62,357 nt of DNA. It comes from Acidimicrobiia bacterium. Its GTDB lineage: Bacteria; Actinomycetota; Acidimicrobiia; Spongiisociales; ZC4RG35. A program made the translations under genes and the position numbers. The stretch covers positions 1 to 62,357 of the forward strand of contig DASWKK010000095.1 in NCBI GenBank assembly GCA_036396655.1, given 5' to 3'. Each line of letters opens with the position of its first letter. Positions within the stretch are counted from its first letter, which is position 1. Below the pieces are notes generated by a model. It was not told the DNA's origin, ran no database searches, and saw only the letters and a program-made list of their open reading frames with translations. Shown here piece by piece: positions 9,623 through 19,142 of this stretch.

Positions 9623-10912
9623 CTACGAAAAACTGCCGCGCGTGCTCTCGGGTGCATCTGCTTCCGACGGTGGGGCGGATCTGGCGAAGTACATGTCTAT
9701 CTCGCCCTTGCCTTTGACTTCGACCTTTCCCCGATGCTCGAACTGGAATGCAGGGTGATGCTCCACGAGGGCGAACGTGGTTCCGCTCACGTTGACTTCA
9801 CCGACCGACCCAGCAGCCTCCAACCGGGAGGCGGTGTTGACTGTGTCACCCCACACGTCGTACTGGAACTTCGTATCTCCGACCACACCGGCCACGACGG
9901 GCCCGGAATGGACTCCGATCCGCATCTCGAATGCTGGCTTTCCTGCTATCCGGTTGGCGGTGACGTGGCGGTCCATGAACTGCTGCATCTGCAGAGCGGC
10001 TTGGAGTGCGTTCGAAGGCGACGACCCTACGCCCAGGGCCAAGCCGGAAACAGCCATATATGCGTCACCGATGGTCTTGATCTTTTCCAGACCGTGGTCC
10101 CGCATGATGGAGTCGAAGGCGTAGAAGCAGGTGTTCAACTCCTCAACGAGGGTGGTGGGGGTCATATCCGAGCTGATCTCGGTGAAGTTCTGGAAATCGC
10201 TGAACAGGACGGTCACCTCGTCGAACTCCCGGGCTTGGGCGTGACCGGTGGCTTTCAGCTCTTCTGCCACGTCTTCGGGGAGGATGTTGAGAAGCAAGGC
10301 CTGAGTCTTCTCCCTCTCCTCCTCGACTTGGCGGAGCGCAGTCCGCGCAATGGCGTCGAAGTCGCGAACTATTAGGAAGATGATGACCACCAGGCCGAGG
10401 AACGCGGCGAGCTTGAAAGCAGCGTCGACGTCGGCATCGAAAGTCAAAGGGAAGTCCACACCGGCCAGCTCCGCGATGCCCAGGATCAAGACTTCGGCGA
10501 CGACCACGAGAAACCAGATCAGACCCGCTCTGGCCCCGATCAGCATGAGACCCAGCATCGGGATGATGGCGACGTAGGGGCTGGTGATCGACGTGCTCAA
10601 TCCTCCGCTCGTGGTGGTGATCAGGACGGTGTCGAGAAAGATGATCCCGATGTAGACGTTGGCGACCACTGTCCGGCTCATCCCCCTCTTGACGAGGAAA
10701 GGCAACGCTGCCATCGCGAGCCCACTCGCCGCCATCGCGTAGACGCCGACCGGGAAGCCCACCACAACCGAGACCCCGCAGTAGATGAGGGCGAGTGCGC
10801 CGGTCAGGAAACAGACGAAGACCAGGTTGCGGTGCTTCTTGAGCTCGTCGGTCGACGGGGCACTTCCCGGCGGGAGGAAGCGGTCCTCCCAGCCCTCAAA
10901 CCGTGGCTGCAT
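9623..10912 (-). CDS. Class III adenylate cyclase with about 6 N-terminal TM helices
   Basis: VLFSDFQNFT, EKIKTIGDAYM, RIGVHSGPVVAGVVG, YDVWGDTVNTASRLE. Lys/Asp pair indicates ATP specificity. Confidence 0.93.
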   Translation of the reverse strand: MQPRFEGWEDRFLPPGSAPSTDELKKHRNLVFVCFLTGALALIYCGVSVVVGFPVGVYAMAASGLAMAALPFLVKRGMSRTVVANVYIGIIFLDTVLITTTSGGLSTSITSPYVAIIPMLGLMLIGARAGLIWFLVVVAEVLILGIAELAGVDFPLTFDADVDAAFKLAAFLGLVVIIFLIVRDFDAIARTALRQVEEEREKTQALLLNILPEDVAEELKATGHAQAREFDEVTVLFSDFQNFTEISSDMTPTTLVEELNTCFYAFDSIMRDHGLEKIKTIGDAYMAVSGLALGVGSSPSNALQAALQMQQFMDRHVTANRIAGKPAFEMRIGVHSGPVVAGVVGDTKFQYDVWGDTVNTASRLEAAGSVGEVNVSGTTFALVEHHPAFQFEHRGKVEVKGKGEIDMYFARSAPPSEADAPESTRGSFS

Positions 10913-11588
10913 CCTGCACCGATGGCGGTCTGACCTTGTAGAGGAGGCCCAGGTAGTAGATGTCGAGTAGAGCAACTGCCAGATAGAGGCTGGTCAGCGC
11001 ATTGTTCTCGGGATACTTGGTGTAGAACATGACTCCGATGATTCCGGTGCCGAGGAACTTGCACCAGCCGATCGCCTTGGAGCTGGGCTCTGAGGTGGGG
11101 ACGAAGAACAGGTAGATGAACGCGGCGCTCATCACCAGATTGATGATGAACGAGTTGAGGGGCGCCATCGGCAGGTCGTACTGGAGAATGAAGGTGCATT
11201 GGACCAGGAAGAGGAGCGGGATCCAGCCGGCCATCAGCAGTCGGAACCTCTTCCTTAGATACGGTGTCCTCACCTGTTTGTGCCCGTATCGGAACAGACC
11301 GATCACGATGAATACGTCGAGGACCATCCACGCCCAGTAGGCAATGACCAAAACCGACCCCATGTCGGGAACGAAGAAGATCGAGGTCGTGATCTCGGTG
11401 CCGAAATTGAGTGTCACCGCGATGAAGGGGATGGCTAGTTCGCGGACTGTGACCAGCCGGCGGATTGTGATGAGGTAAACGACGATCCAAAAGACGGCTC
11501 CTACGGTGAACATCCCAATCTGCAGCGTGGTGTACGCCTCCGTGTTGAACCAGGGCCCCGGGTCGCGCAGGTACTCCCAGATGGTCAC
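10896..11588 (-). CDS. PaxB/Pyr4-like integral-membrane terpene cyclase homologue
   Basis: 230 aa, about 7 TM. W-x3-Y, IP-x2-A-x3-N-x3-E (E65), W-x2-LD, NLVMS, WCKFLGT and a last-helix Asp (D209). GTG overlaps the upstream TGA. Confidence 0.7.
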   Translation of the reverse strand: MTIWEYLRDPGPWFNTEAYTTLQIGMFTVGAVFWIVVYLITIRRLVTVRELAIPFIAVTLNFGTEITTSIFFVPDMGSVLVIAYWAWMVLDVFIVIGLFRYGHKQVRTPYLRKRFRLLMAGWIPLLFLVQCTFILQYDLPMAPLNSFIINLVMSAAFIYLFFVPTSEPSSKAIGWCKFLGTGIIGVMFYTKYPENNALTSLYLAVALLDIYYLGLLYKVRPPSVQDAATV

Positions 11589-13360
11589 CTGTCGCGTCTC
11601 GCTCCTGGTGTGATGACGTTGAGCAACGATCTGATCGCGAGGATTGCTGTGAAGGCGATGCTCCAGGGCACGATGAAGAGGCTCATCGCCCATGGGACCC
11701 GAGCGCTCCACGCTTGACCCACTGCGAACCGGCGTTTGTCCAGCCACTTGAACGGCGCGAAGAACAAAGGCTCGCTCAGCTGCCAGACCCTGCACAAAGG
11801 GCGGTCGGATCGGTCGGCTGCGAGGATCCCGTTCACTGCCCTTCTCGCCGCCTCGTTGGCACCCTCCATGGTCGCCAGGTCGGTATTGGTGCGGACATAG
11901 TCGGCGGCCAGGAACAGATTGGGGATCCGCGTGACGGCCTCGGGACGCAAGGCCCAACTGTTCACGGTGTTGACGAGGAGGGGCTCCATGTCGTCGTCCC
12001 GTTTCTCGGCAGGGTTCCAGCGGATGTCGCGGTCGAGGTACCAGTGGACGATCATGTCCTTCGACATCAGTGTCTTCCCGCCGACGTTGAGGCTCCTCTC
12101 TATCTGATCCCAGACCAGGTTTTTGACCTGCTCGGCTTGGGCGTCGTCGGCGAGAACGCCGTCGTAGGTGGTGTGCAGCCAGTCGCTTATGTCGACGCTC
12201 AGGATTCCCTTCACCTCGCCGTTGAACCGGTCTTCGAGGGCGTAGTCGTCCCAGAACTGGATCTGGGAGATCCCCGTGATGGCCCACTCGCTGTCACTGA
12301 AGATGATGTGTCCCCTGGTGACCTCGACCTCTTGGTTCAGATAGAACTGGATGCCGTTCATCCAACTGACGCTATCGGCCAGTGTCTTGACGAGGCCGAG
12401 GGTTTGGTCGGCTTCCACGATCGCCTGGTTGAGGAGCGGGGCGGCCCGCTCGACAGGAACGGCGAGGATGAAGTGGTCGCCAGTCACCGCCCCGACGCCG
12501 GTTTCGGGGTGACTGACATCGATGCTGGCGATCTTCCCCTCCTCGAGAGTGATGCTCCTCACCCGGGTCCCGTGGTGGTACTCGACGCCCAGGGAGCGGA
12601 GGTGCTCGAGCCAAGGAGTGAGCCAGACGTCGTTGGTCGGCCCGTTGAGTACCCGGTCTGTCTGGCCACCGGGGGTCATCATCGTGTAGAGGAGTTGGAG
12701 GAGGATGTCGCCACCGGTCTTGGTGCTCGCTGAACGGGCCTGGGCAGCAACGAGAGTCCGGGTAAGGCCGGCCACCAGAAGCGTCTGGTAGGTCTTGCTG
12801 AATCGATCGGCGTCGAGGTAGTCCCACCAACTGAGCCGCTCGTAATCGGTATAGCGTCTCTCCCTACAGCTGGTCATCAGCTGCCACATCCGCTCGGCGA
12901 AGAACTCCTCCTCTTCGGTGGTCAGTCCCACATCGATGCCGCTGTGGAGGTCTTTGACGATGACCTCGAGGTCCGAAAGCGACCGGGGAAAGCTGGCATC
13001 GGTGATGATCGGCTCTTTGTCGTAGCGGGCGATCATCACCCTTTCGGTGCTCACCAGATTGTCGAGACAACCATGCCTGTTCAGGGTCCCATCGGCGCGG
13101 CGAAACGGGATTCGACTCATGGTGTCGGTGACGTGTTTGTAGAAGCCGGGAAAGAAGCGAAAGCCGTGCTCGCCCGGGAGGTAGCGGTCAGGCGCTCGGA
13201 TGTTGGTGCCGGGAACGTCGACCGATCGCGCCTTACCCCCCACATACTGCGGGTTCCGTTCGAAGACCTCCACTGCATACCCGCGTTCTGCCAGCTCTTG
13301 GGCGGCGCTCATACCGGCTACTCCGCCGCCAATGATTATGACCCGCTTCTGCGCATCCAT
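11585..13360 (-). CDS. FAD-dependent oxidoreductase, phytoene desaturase/CrtU/HpnE-like superfamily
   Basis: IIGGGVAGMSAA dinucleotide fold, GGKARS, GEHGFRFFPGFY, NLFLAADYV...ATMEGANEAARRAV. Confidence 0.85.
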   Translation of the reverse strand: MDAQKRVIIIGGGVAGMSAAQELAERGYAVEVFERNPQYVGGKARSVDVPGTNIRAPDRYLPGEHGFRFFPGFYKHVTDTMSRIPFRRADGTLNRHGCLDNLVSTERVMIARYDKEPIITDASFPRSLSDLEVIVKDLHSGIDVGLTTEEEEFFAERMWQLMTSCRERRYTDYERLSWWDYLDADRFSKTYQTLLVAGLTRTLVAAQARSASTKTGGDILLQLLYTMMTPGGQTDRVLNGPTNDVWLTPWLEHLRSLGVEYHHGTRVRSITLEEGKIASIDVSHPETGVGAVTGDHFILAVPVERAAPLLNQAIVEADQTLGLVKTLADSVSWMNGIQFYLNQEVEVTRGHIIFSDSEWAITGISQIQFWDDYALEDRFNGEVKGILSVDISDWLHTTYDGVLADDAQAEQVKNLVWDQIERSLNVGGKTLMSKDMIVHWYLDRDIRWNPAEKRDDDMEPLLVNTVNSWALRPEAVTRIPNLFLAADYVRTNTDLATMEGANEAARRAVNGILAADRSDRPLCRVWQLSEPLFFAPFKWLDKRRFAVGQAWSARVPWAMSLFIVPWSIAFTAILAIRSLLNVITPGARRDR

Positions 13361-13484
13361 TCAGGTGAAGCTAAGCGCGGTAACCCGACCCATGTCGGCC
13401 AGAAATGCCCGGAGAAATCACGTAGACGTGCAAGGAGGGGCGATCCGATGTCGAAGCGGCGGATGGATTCGTCACCATGACTTC

Positions 13485-14114
13485 TCAGAGCCCTGGGGTG
13501 GCTCTGACCATGCCGCCACCGGATCGAGGACCTGGGACGACGATGCCAAGCCAGGCCGGGAAGGGACCGAGCTGTGTCTGGTAGGTGACGGTGTCGAGGC
13601 TTTGAATGAGCCAGCGGGGAGAGGCGAAGGTCGTCCGGATCTCAGCCTCGGATATCTTCGGGTATGGGATGTCGGCCTTGTCGCTGATCTCGAGCAGGAT
13701 GAGCCGACCGTTGGGTTGGATCACGGCGGCGAGTTGGTCGGAATAGCCGGGCTTGTCGTCGATCACGTGAAGCAGGGCTGAGTCCATCACTGTCGGGAAG
13801 CGTCGGCCGAGCACGTCGAGTTTGTGGGCGTCCGCCACGACGAACTCGACGGGAAGCGACCGGTCGGTGGCCTTGGCAGTCGCCAGCTCGATGGCGCGGG
13901 CAGAGGAATCGACAGCCACTACCTCGAGTCCGTGTCGGGCGAGCTCCAGCGCGTTCTCGCCGGTTCCGCAGCCCACATCGAGGACTGGCCCGACAAGCGA
14001 ACCCTCGGCCGCCAACTGGGCAATGACAGGCTGAGCTGCTCCGATCTCCCAAGGCGGCAGCTGCCGATACGCAGACTCGAAATCGACTTCCGGGTTTGGA
14101 GCGCTGGATTCCAT
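13485..14114 (-). CDS. Class I SAM-dependent methyltransferase (Rv0560c-like N-terminus)
   Basis: PPWEIGAAQP and VLDVGCGTGEN motif I. Alternative ATG at 14123. Confidence 0.9.
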   Translation of the reverse strand: MESSAPNPEVDFESAYRQLPPWEIGAAQPVIAQLAAEGSLVGPVLDVGCGTGENALELARHGLEVVAVDSSARAIELATAKATDRSLPVEFVVADAHKLDVLGRRFPTVMDSALLHVIDDKPGYSDQLAAVIQPNGRLILLEISDKADIPYPKISEAEIRTTFASPRWLIQSLDTVTYQTQLGPFPAWLGIVVPGPRSGGGMVRATPGL

Positions 14115-14212
14115 GCCTGCCATGTTGTCCGTATCGGCGCAGCGATGCGACCTGATTATCCGCCATGTCCATGGAGAGCATGTGATGGCGGGCATGGATG
14201 TAAGTTTCTCCG

Positions 14213-14875
14213 ATGGACCTCGAAGACCTTCGTCTAGCTGTGTATCGCTCGTTCGCGACGACCGGAGTGCCGCCGAGCTACGACGAGCTGGCTCCACGTC
14301 TTGGAGGGACCCACGACGATCTCACCCGCGGGATCAGGCGTCTCGCCGAGGAGAGACACGTTGTGGTCGACGAGGCCGGGAGCATCGTCATGGCGCACCC
14401 TTTCGCCTCGATCCCCCTCGGCTTCTCGGTCATGGGCAGGAACACTTTGTGGTGGGGCGGATGCTGCTGGGACTCGTTCGCCATCCCCCACCTGCTCACT
14501 GACGAGCCAGACGTCCTCGTGGCGACGAGGTGCCCCGGCTGCAACCGGCCCCAGGCTTGGGCCGTCGGTCGGGAGGGACCGCCGGGTGGTGACTGGCTTG
14601 CCCACTTCCTGGTCCCTGTGTCCCGGATGTGGGACGACGTGGTCCACACATGTCGCAATCAACGTCTGTTCTGCTCCGAGCGCTGCATCGACGGTTGGCT
14701 GCAGCGGAACAGCTACCAGCAGGGCTTTGTGATGGACGTGGAGACCCTATGGCGTCTCGCCGCCGGCTGGTACCAGGGACGTCTCGAGCGTGGGTACGTG
14801 AGACGGGATCCGGTCGCGGCCGCCGAATATCTGCGCAGCGTCGGTTTGGTTGACCCGTTCTGGGGCACGGCCTGA
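14213..14875 (+). CDS. Organomercurial lyase MerB-like protein
   Basis: N-terminal winged helix, AHPF, GGCCWD (C-x2-D), TRCPGC, HFLVP...WDDVVHTC...FCS. Confidence 0.8.
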   Translation: MDLEDLRLAVYRSFATTGVPPSYDELAPRLGGTHDDLTRGIRRLAEERHVVVDEAGSIVMAHPFASIPLGFSVMGRNTLWWGGCCWDSFAIPHLLTDEPDVLVATRCPGCNRPQAWAVGREGPPGGDWLAHFLVPVSRMWDDVVHTCRNQRLFCSERCIDGWLQRNSYQQGFVMDVETLWRLAAGWYQGRLERGYVRRDPVAAAEYLRSVGLVDPFWGTA

Positions 14876-15054
14876 CTCCGCCGCTGTTCGGTGATGCAGG
14901 CAAGGATCCTAGGGCTTCGAGTCAGTCGATCATCGCAGGGCGGCGCACGACGGTGTCGCGCTCAAGCTGCTCGACGGGTTCGAACCAGCAGAGCGGTTCC
15001 GTTTCGGATTCGATGATCTGAGCTACTTGCGCTGTTGCCCGGCCTGTTTCCGAT

Positions 15055-15633
15055 TCAGCCTCGTGGCTGAAATGCGAGGAAGAGAACGACGCCCAACGCA
15101 ACGACCGCAACGACCAAGAGCACCGTCGTCCAGCGTCTGGTGGATCGAATTGTCTCAAGGTTTAGTGGAGCCAGCGGTTCGACTTCTCGAGCGAACGATG
15201 GGTGGACTCCGTAAAGCCATAGGACATCGCCGTCCAGACGACCAGTCACCCAAACGATGCGGCGAACAACAGCCCCGCTAACCAGTGTCACCAGTGCAAC
15301 GGTGATCCCACCCAATGCCCACCCGCTCTCCTCGGTGAACAAGGCTGCGACCAGCAGTCCGATACCGAGTACAAGACCCGCGCCGGAGCCGAGATCCACG
15401 CGACGTATCCGACGCAGCGTGCCGTCTGAGGCGGGGAGTTCGACGGTCACCTTGCGCCGAGCGAAACCAGCCGCGATCAAGAACGGGATCAAACCCCAGA
15501 AGAAAAGCAGCAATGTCCAGCCGGGAATGTCCCCGAACTCCTGACTCTTTGCCGTCTCTGTCGGCACACCCGTTTTGGCGCACAAACGGGGGAGCTCGTC
15601 CAGAAGTTGGGTATCGATGACTGCACTTGCCAC
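15055..15633 (-). CDS. Hypothetical membrane protein
   Basis: LPRLCAKTG N-terminus and four hydrophobic segments. TAGGAT lies 7 nt before the GTG. Confidence 0.65.
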   Translation of the reverse strand: MASAVIDTQLLDELPRLCAKTGVPTETAKSQEFGDIPGWTLLLFFWGLIPFLIAAGFARRKVTVELPASDGTLRRIRRVDLGSGAGLVLGIGLLVAALFTEESGWALGGITVALVTLVSGAVVRRIVWVTGRLDGDVLWLYGVHPSFAREVEPLAPLNLETIRSTRRWTTVLLVVAVVALGVVLFLAFQPRG

Positions 15634-15773
15634 GGCAGAAATCCTAAGACGATTTCTGACCCGTCACAGAGAATCGCTGGGTGGGCCGAGCACTAGATGC
15701 GACAACCGGGGACGTTGTCCTTGGCGGAGTGGTGTGAATGGTTGAGCCCTCCGCCCAGGTTGGCGTTCAGCCG

Positions 15774-15817
15774 ACGCGGGAAGGGTGGCCTCGGAATGAG
15801 GCCACCCTTTCCCGCGT
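15774..15817 (-). terminator. GC-rich hairpin downstream of the LVIVD gene
   Basis: ACGCGGGAAGGGTGGCCTC / GAGGCCACCCTTTCCCGCGT, 19-bp stem with one bulge. Confidence 0.7.
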
Positions 15818-15838
15818 GACATGTCTGTCACTGGTCGG

Positions 15839-17782
15839 TCAACCGGATCCTCCGCCTTGCTCTTTGAATATGTACAAGCCACCGTTGCGGTCGGATCCGT
15901 AGATCCATGGCGACTTCGGCTCCTTGTACACACCCCAGAAGTCATGGGGGTTGCCCCCATTCGAGGCGAGGAACTCCTCTGAGTTGTCGAAGTATCTGGC
16001 GATCTCGACCGGGTTGTACGGGTCGGTCACATCCAACACCAACATCCCGTCCCAGTACCAGGAGACATAGGCTCTCACCTTGTTGCCTCTGGTCTCGACG
16101 ACCACGTTGTGCACCGAGTAGGTGCCCAGCGGGTCACATTCCGGCAAGGGCTCCGGCGAAGCACTGCACGTGGTGTCGAACAGTGACGCCAACACCGGAT
16201 TCTCAGGATCCGAGTAGTCCCAGATCCGGAGCCCACCCCAAGGGGTGTCGCCGGTCACGTTGTTGCCTATCACGATCCCGATCGCCCCTGCGGCCTGGGC
16301 CGCGCCGAGCTTGCTCGAGAAGGAGCAACCGCCACGACGAACGACCGCGATCTTGCCAGCCGGGTCGTTCAGGTGTGGATCCACGACGCCGGCCGTATCG
16401 GTGCCGGGGACGAAGAAGTTGTCGGTGTCACATCCTTGGCCCACCCAGACGGCCTCGGCCTCGATCGGGCCTGTGTCAGCGAGTTTGGGCTGATTGCCGG
16501 CGAGCTCGCTCGCGGGATATACATTCCCGGCAAGCGGACCCGTGGTCACCTCGATGCTGGATGCGTCGAGTATCACTGTGTTCCCGGTTTGATTGTCTTC
16601 GAAGTCGTCGCCAGCCGACGTGCTGACAGCTACACCTGGAATTGTGTTCCAGGTTTGCTCACCGAACGTGAGGTTGGTGGGAGGCTGCACCGACACCCAT
16701 GCGGCGAAGTCTTCCTCTGTCTCGACGACGATCGACCCATCTTCACTGGGCCAGGCCGCGTGGCTGTTGACTTCCCCGTCACGTGACCCATTGTCCGGGT
16801 CGAGAGCCACGGACACCAACCTGTCGTTGGGCAGGCTGACCGATGACAACGACGCCAGATCACTGATGTCCAACAGCACCAGACCCGCGTCCCAGTTGGA
16901 CAGATAGGCCTGTGTGCCGTCCGCATTGATCGTGATGTCATGCAGGAAGCGGTTCGCCGACGCTCCGAATCCGGTGGTCAGCCAAATTGCTGCATCCAGA
17001 ACTCGGTTCACGTCGACCGTCTCGTCGCCGACACCGGGATCGAAGATCTCCTCCGCTCCCCAGGCAGCCGCCAGGGTCGGGTTGGTCGGGTCGGTGATGT
17101 CGAACACCATGAACGTGTCGAATGCCGTCTCGGCGACGACAGCCACATAGTCGTTGCTTCCCTGGGTGAACAACCACTGGTTGTGGACACCCACGTCCTG
17201 AATCCCACCGAACAGAGCGTCCGAGATCGGGTTGAGCTCGTCGATGGTGATCGAGGCAAGCTTGACCGGATTGGTGGGGTCATTGACGTCGTAGATCTCG
17301 ATTCCACCATCACCATCGGTGCATGCCTCATTGCTCATCACGAGGATGTCGCCCGAATTCATGGTGGCCACCTTGACGTCGTTGGTCCGGTCGCCGGGCT
17401 CAGACTCGATTGTCGTCACGAAGCTGGGTTTGTTCTTGTTGTGAACATCCCACACCCATACACCTGCATCGGGATCCGGCGGGCAAGGGGTGTTGAAGGT
17501 GCCGGTGTACGCGAACCCGTCGTGGGCCCACACATCAGTGGTGGCATCCTGTACCAGCCTCTCCCCGCGACCTCTGAGCTGGAGGTCTTTGATTACCTTG
17601 GCGAACGGGGCGTTACTGACTACGTCTCCCGACTCTGCGGCGTCCATGCTCTCCAACTCCGCATTTGGGTCCGGCCGATCCAGGTGGTCCCCTTCTTCGA
17701 GATGGTCGGCCCCAGCCGCAGGGGCAAGGAGGCTCAACGCAAGCAGCAGAGCCACGATGATCGAGAGGTTTCTTCGCGCCAT
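15839..17782 (-). CDS. Secreted LVIVD-repeat beta-propeller protein with inserted PA domain
   Basis: Signal peptide, repeated (V/I)(W/Y)D(V/I)xxPxxP units, PA motif GKIAVVRRGGCSFSSKLGAAQAAGAIG. SD GGAGGAGG. Confidence 0.8.
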   Translation of the reverse strand: MARRNLSIIVALLLALSLLAPAAGADHLEEGDHLDRPDPNAELESMDAAESGDVVSNAPFAKVIKDLQLRGRGERLVQDATTDVWAHDGFAYTGTFNTPCPPDPDAGVWVWDVHNKNKPSFVTTIESEPGDRTNDVKVATMNSGDILVMSNEACTDGDGGIEIYDVNDPTNPVKLASITIDELNPISDALFGGIQDVGVHNQWLFTQGSNDYVAVVAETAFDTFMVFDITDPTNPTLAAAWGAEEIFDPGVGDETVDVNRVLDAAIWLTTGFGASANRFLHDITINADGTQAYLSNWDAGLVLLDISDLASLSSVSLPNDRLVSVALDPDNGSRDGEVNSHAAWPSEDGSIVVETEEDFAAWVSVQPPTNLTFGEQTWNTIPGVAVSTSAGDDFEDNQTGNTVILDASSIEVTTGPLAGNVYPASELAGNQPKLADTGPIEAEAVWVGQGCDTDNFFVPGTDTAGVVDPHLNDPAGKIAVVRRGGCSFSSKLGAAQAAGAIGIVIGNNVTGDTPWGGLRIWDYSDPENPVLASLFDTTCSASPEPLPECDPLGTYSVHNVVVETRGNKVRAYVSWYWDGMLVLDVTDPYNPVEIARYFDNSEEFLASNGGNPHDFWGVYKEPKSPWIYGSDRNGGLYIFKEQGGGSG

Positions 17783-17835
17783 AAGGACCTCCTCCGTCGA
17801 CAGCGCTCTGGCACCCTACCCGGCCGGTCCGATCG

Positions 17836-18291
17836 CTAAACGAGCGACCCGGGGGCGGTCGAGACGTGGAACACCGGATGGCGGTGTGCTTCGGCAAGGA
17901 AGGCCGCCAGGTCACTGCCGGCGACGGCGGTGAAGGCTGGTGGTACGAAGGGCACCAGCCGAAATCCATGGAAGAAGGTTTGTAGGACCGGTGCTGCGGT
18001 GTCAGGGTCGACTTCGGTCAGATGGACGGCTTGTCTCCTCCGGAGGCGAATCAGGTGGACGTTGGGTTGGGTCCGCACGTTGCGTACCCAGTCGGTGTCA
18101 CCGAACGGCGACACCAGCCAGTCTTCGTCCTGGTGCCTGGTCAGGACGACCGGTGTTGTTCTTGGTTGGCGGCTGATCCGGCCGGTCGTTTCCAGAATGC
18201 GAAGTGGGCCCATGGGGAGTCCCAGGCGAAGCAGTCGTGCTACGAACCGGCCGGTGCGGAGCAAGGCAGGGGTCAGGGCTGCGTTCCTCAT
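17836..18291 (-). CDS. Deazaflavin (F420)-dependent nitroreductase-family protein
   Basis: LETTGRISRQPRTTPV, DWVRNVR, HPVF. ATGA overlap with the SDR. Confidence 0.8.
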   Translation of the reverse strand: MRNAALTPALLRTGRFVARLLRLGLPMGPLRILETTGRISRQPRTTPVVLTRHQDEDWLVSPFGDTDWVRNVRTQPNVHLIRLRRRQAVHLTEVDPDTAAPVLQTFFHGFRLVPFVPPAFTAVAGSDLAAFLAEAHRHPVFHVSTAPGSLV

Positions 18292-19142
18292 TCGCCGTTC
18301 CTCTCGGAGAGGGCGGCGACAGCTTTGCCCAGCATGCGACCGTTCATCTTGATCGAGACCGTACGGGGGGTGAGGCGGGACAAAAGACGCATTGCCCGAC
18401 CGCTCACCAGCGTGGCTCGACCTTTCTGCAGCGCCTTCAGTGTCTCGTCGACACAGTCCTCGACGGACTGTGGCTTGAGTGGCAGGGAGTCGCGGTCGAC
18501 CCCGTACTGGTCGATGATCGGGGTGTCGACCGCGAAGGGGAGAAGGACGGTCACGTCGACACCGGCTGGAGCGAGCTCGTAGTGGAGCCCTTCACCAAGG
18601 TTGAGAACGTAGGCCCTGGAGGCGCTGTCGTTGACCATATGCGGCAACCCGTGGAGCGCGCCGCCCGCGGAGACCAACACAATCCCACCTCTGCCTCGTT
18701 CGACGAGACGCTTGCCGAAGTGATGCGCCAGCTCCAGGTGCGCGGTGCTGTTGAGACGGACGATCCGGTGGAGGTCGGCCAGGTCATGGGTGAGGATGTC
18801 CCCGGGCAGCCCGGTGCCGGCGTTGGACACCAGCAGCCCGACGTCGAGGTCGAGGGTCGCTTGGATCAGCTTGGAGGGTCCGTCCGGCTCAGCGAGGTCG
18901 ACCGTCACCACGCGATGTTCGACCCCGTGGACCGTCGACAGCTCGCTGCCCAGTGCGCTGAGGTCAGCCGTGCGGCGTGCAGCCAAAACGACATCGAAGC
19001 CCGATGAGGCCAGACGGTGTGCGAACCCGCGACCGATTCCCGACGAAGCGCCGGTGACGACTGCCCACGGTCCAGATCGGTCGGCGTCTAGCGATCGGAC
19101 GTCTGCTCTTCTCCTGGCATGGGGGAGGTTTGTCTGGATCAT
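18288..19142 (-). CDS. Short-chain dehydrogenase/reductase with non-canonical active site
   Basis: TGASSGIG and NAG present. Catalytic S and YxxxK positions read A and DSASR. Confidence 0.85.
   Translation of the reverse strand: MIQTNLPHARRRADVRSLDADRSGPWAVVTGASSGIGRGFAHRLASSGFDVVLAARRTADLSALGSELSTVHGVEHRVVTVDLAEPDGPSKLIQATLDLDVGLLVSNAGTGLPGDILTHDLADLHRIVRLNSTAHLELAHHFGKRLVERGRGGIVLVSAGGALHGLPHMVNDSASRAYVLNLGEGLHYELAPAGVDVTVLLPFAVDTPIIDQYGVDRDSLPLKPQSVEDCVDETLKALQKGRATLVSGRAMRLLSRLTPRTVSIKMNGRMLGKAVAALSERNGE

Noticed and set aside
11589-12287. 463-aa ORF suggesting a longer cyclase-like protein
   Set aside because: The first half is an Arg/Pro-rich shadow of the flavoenzyme; the real start is GTG 11588.
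15640-15770. Cluster of small hairpins as tRNA or riboswitch
   Set aside because: No cloverleaf, T-loop or CCA; short GC stems are expected by chance.
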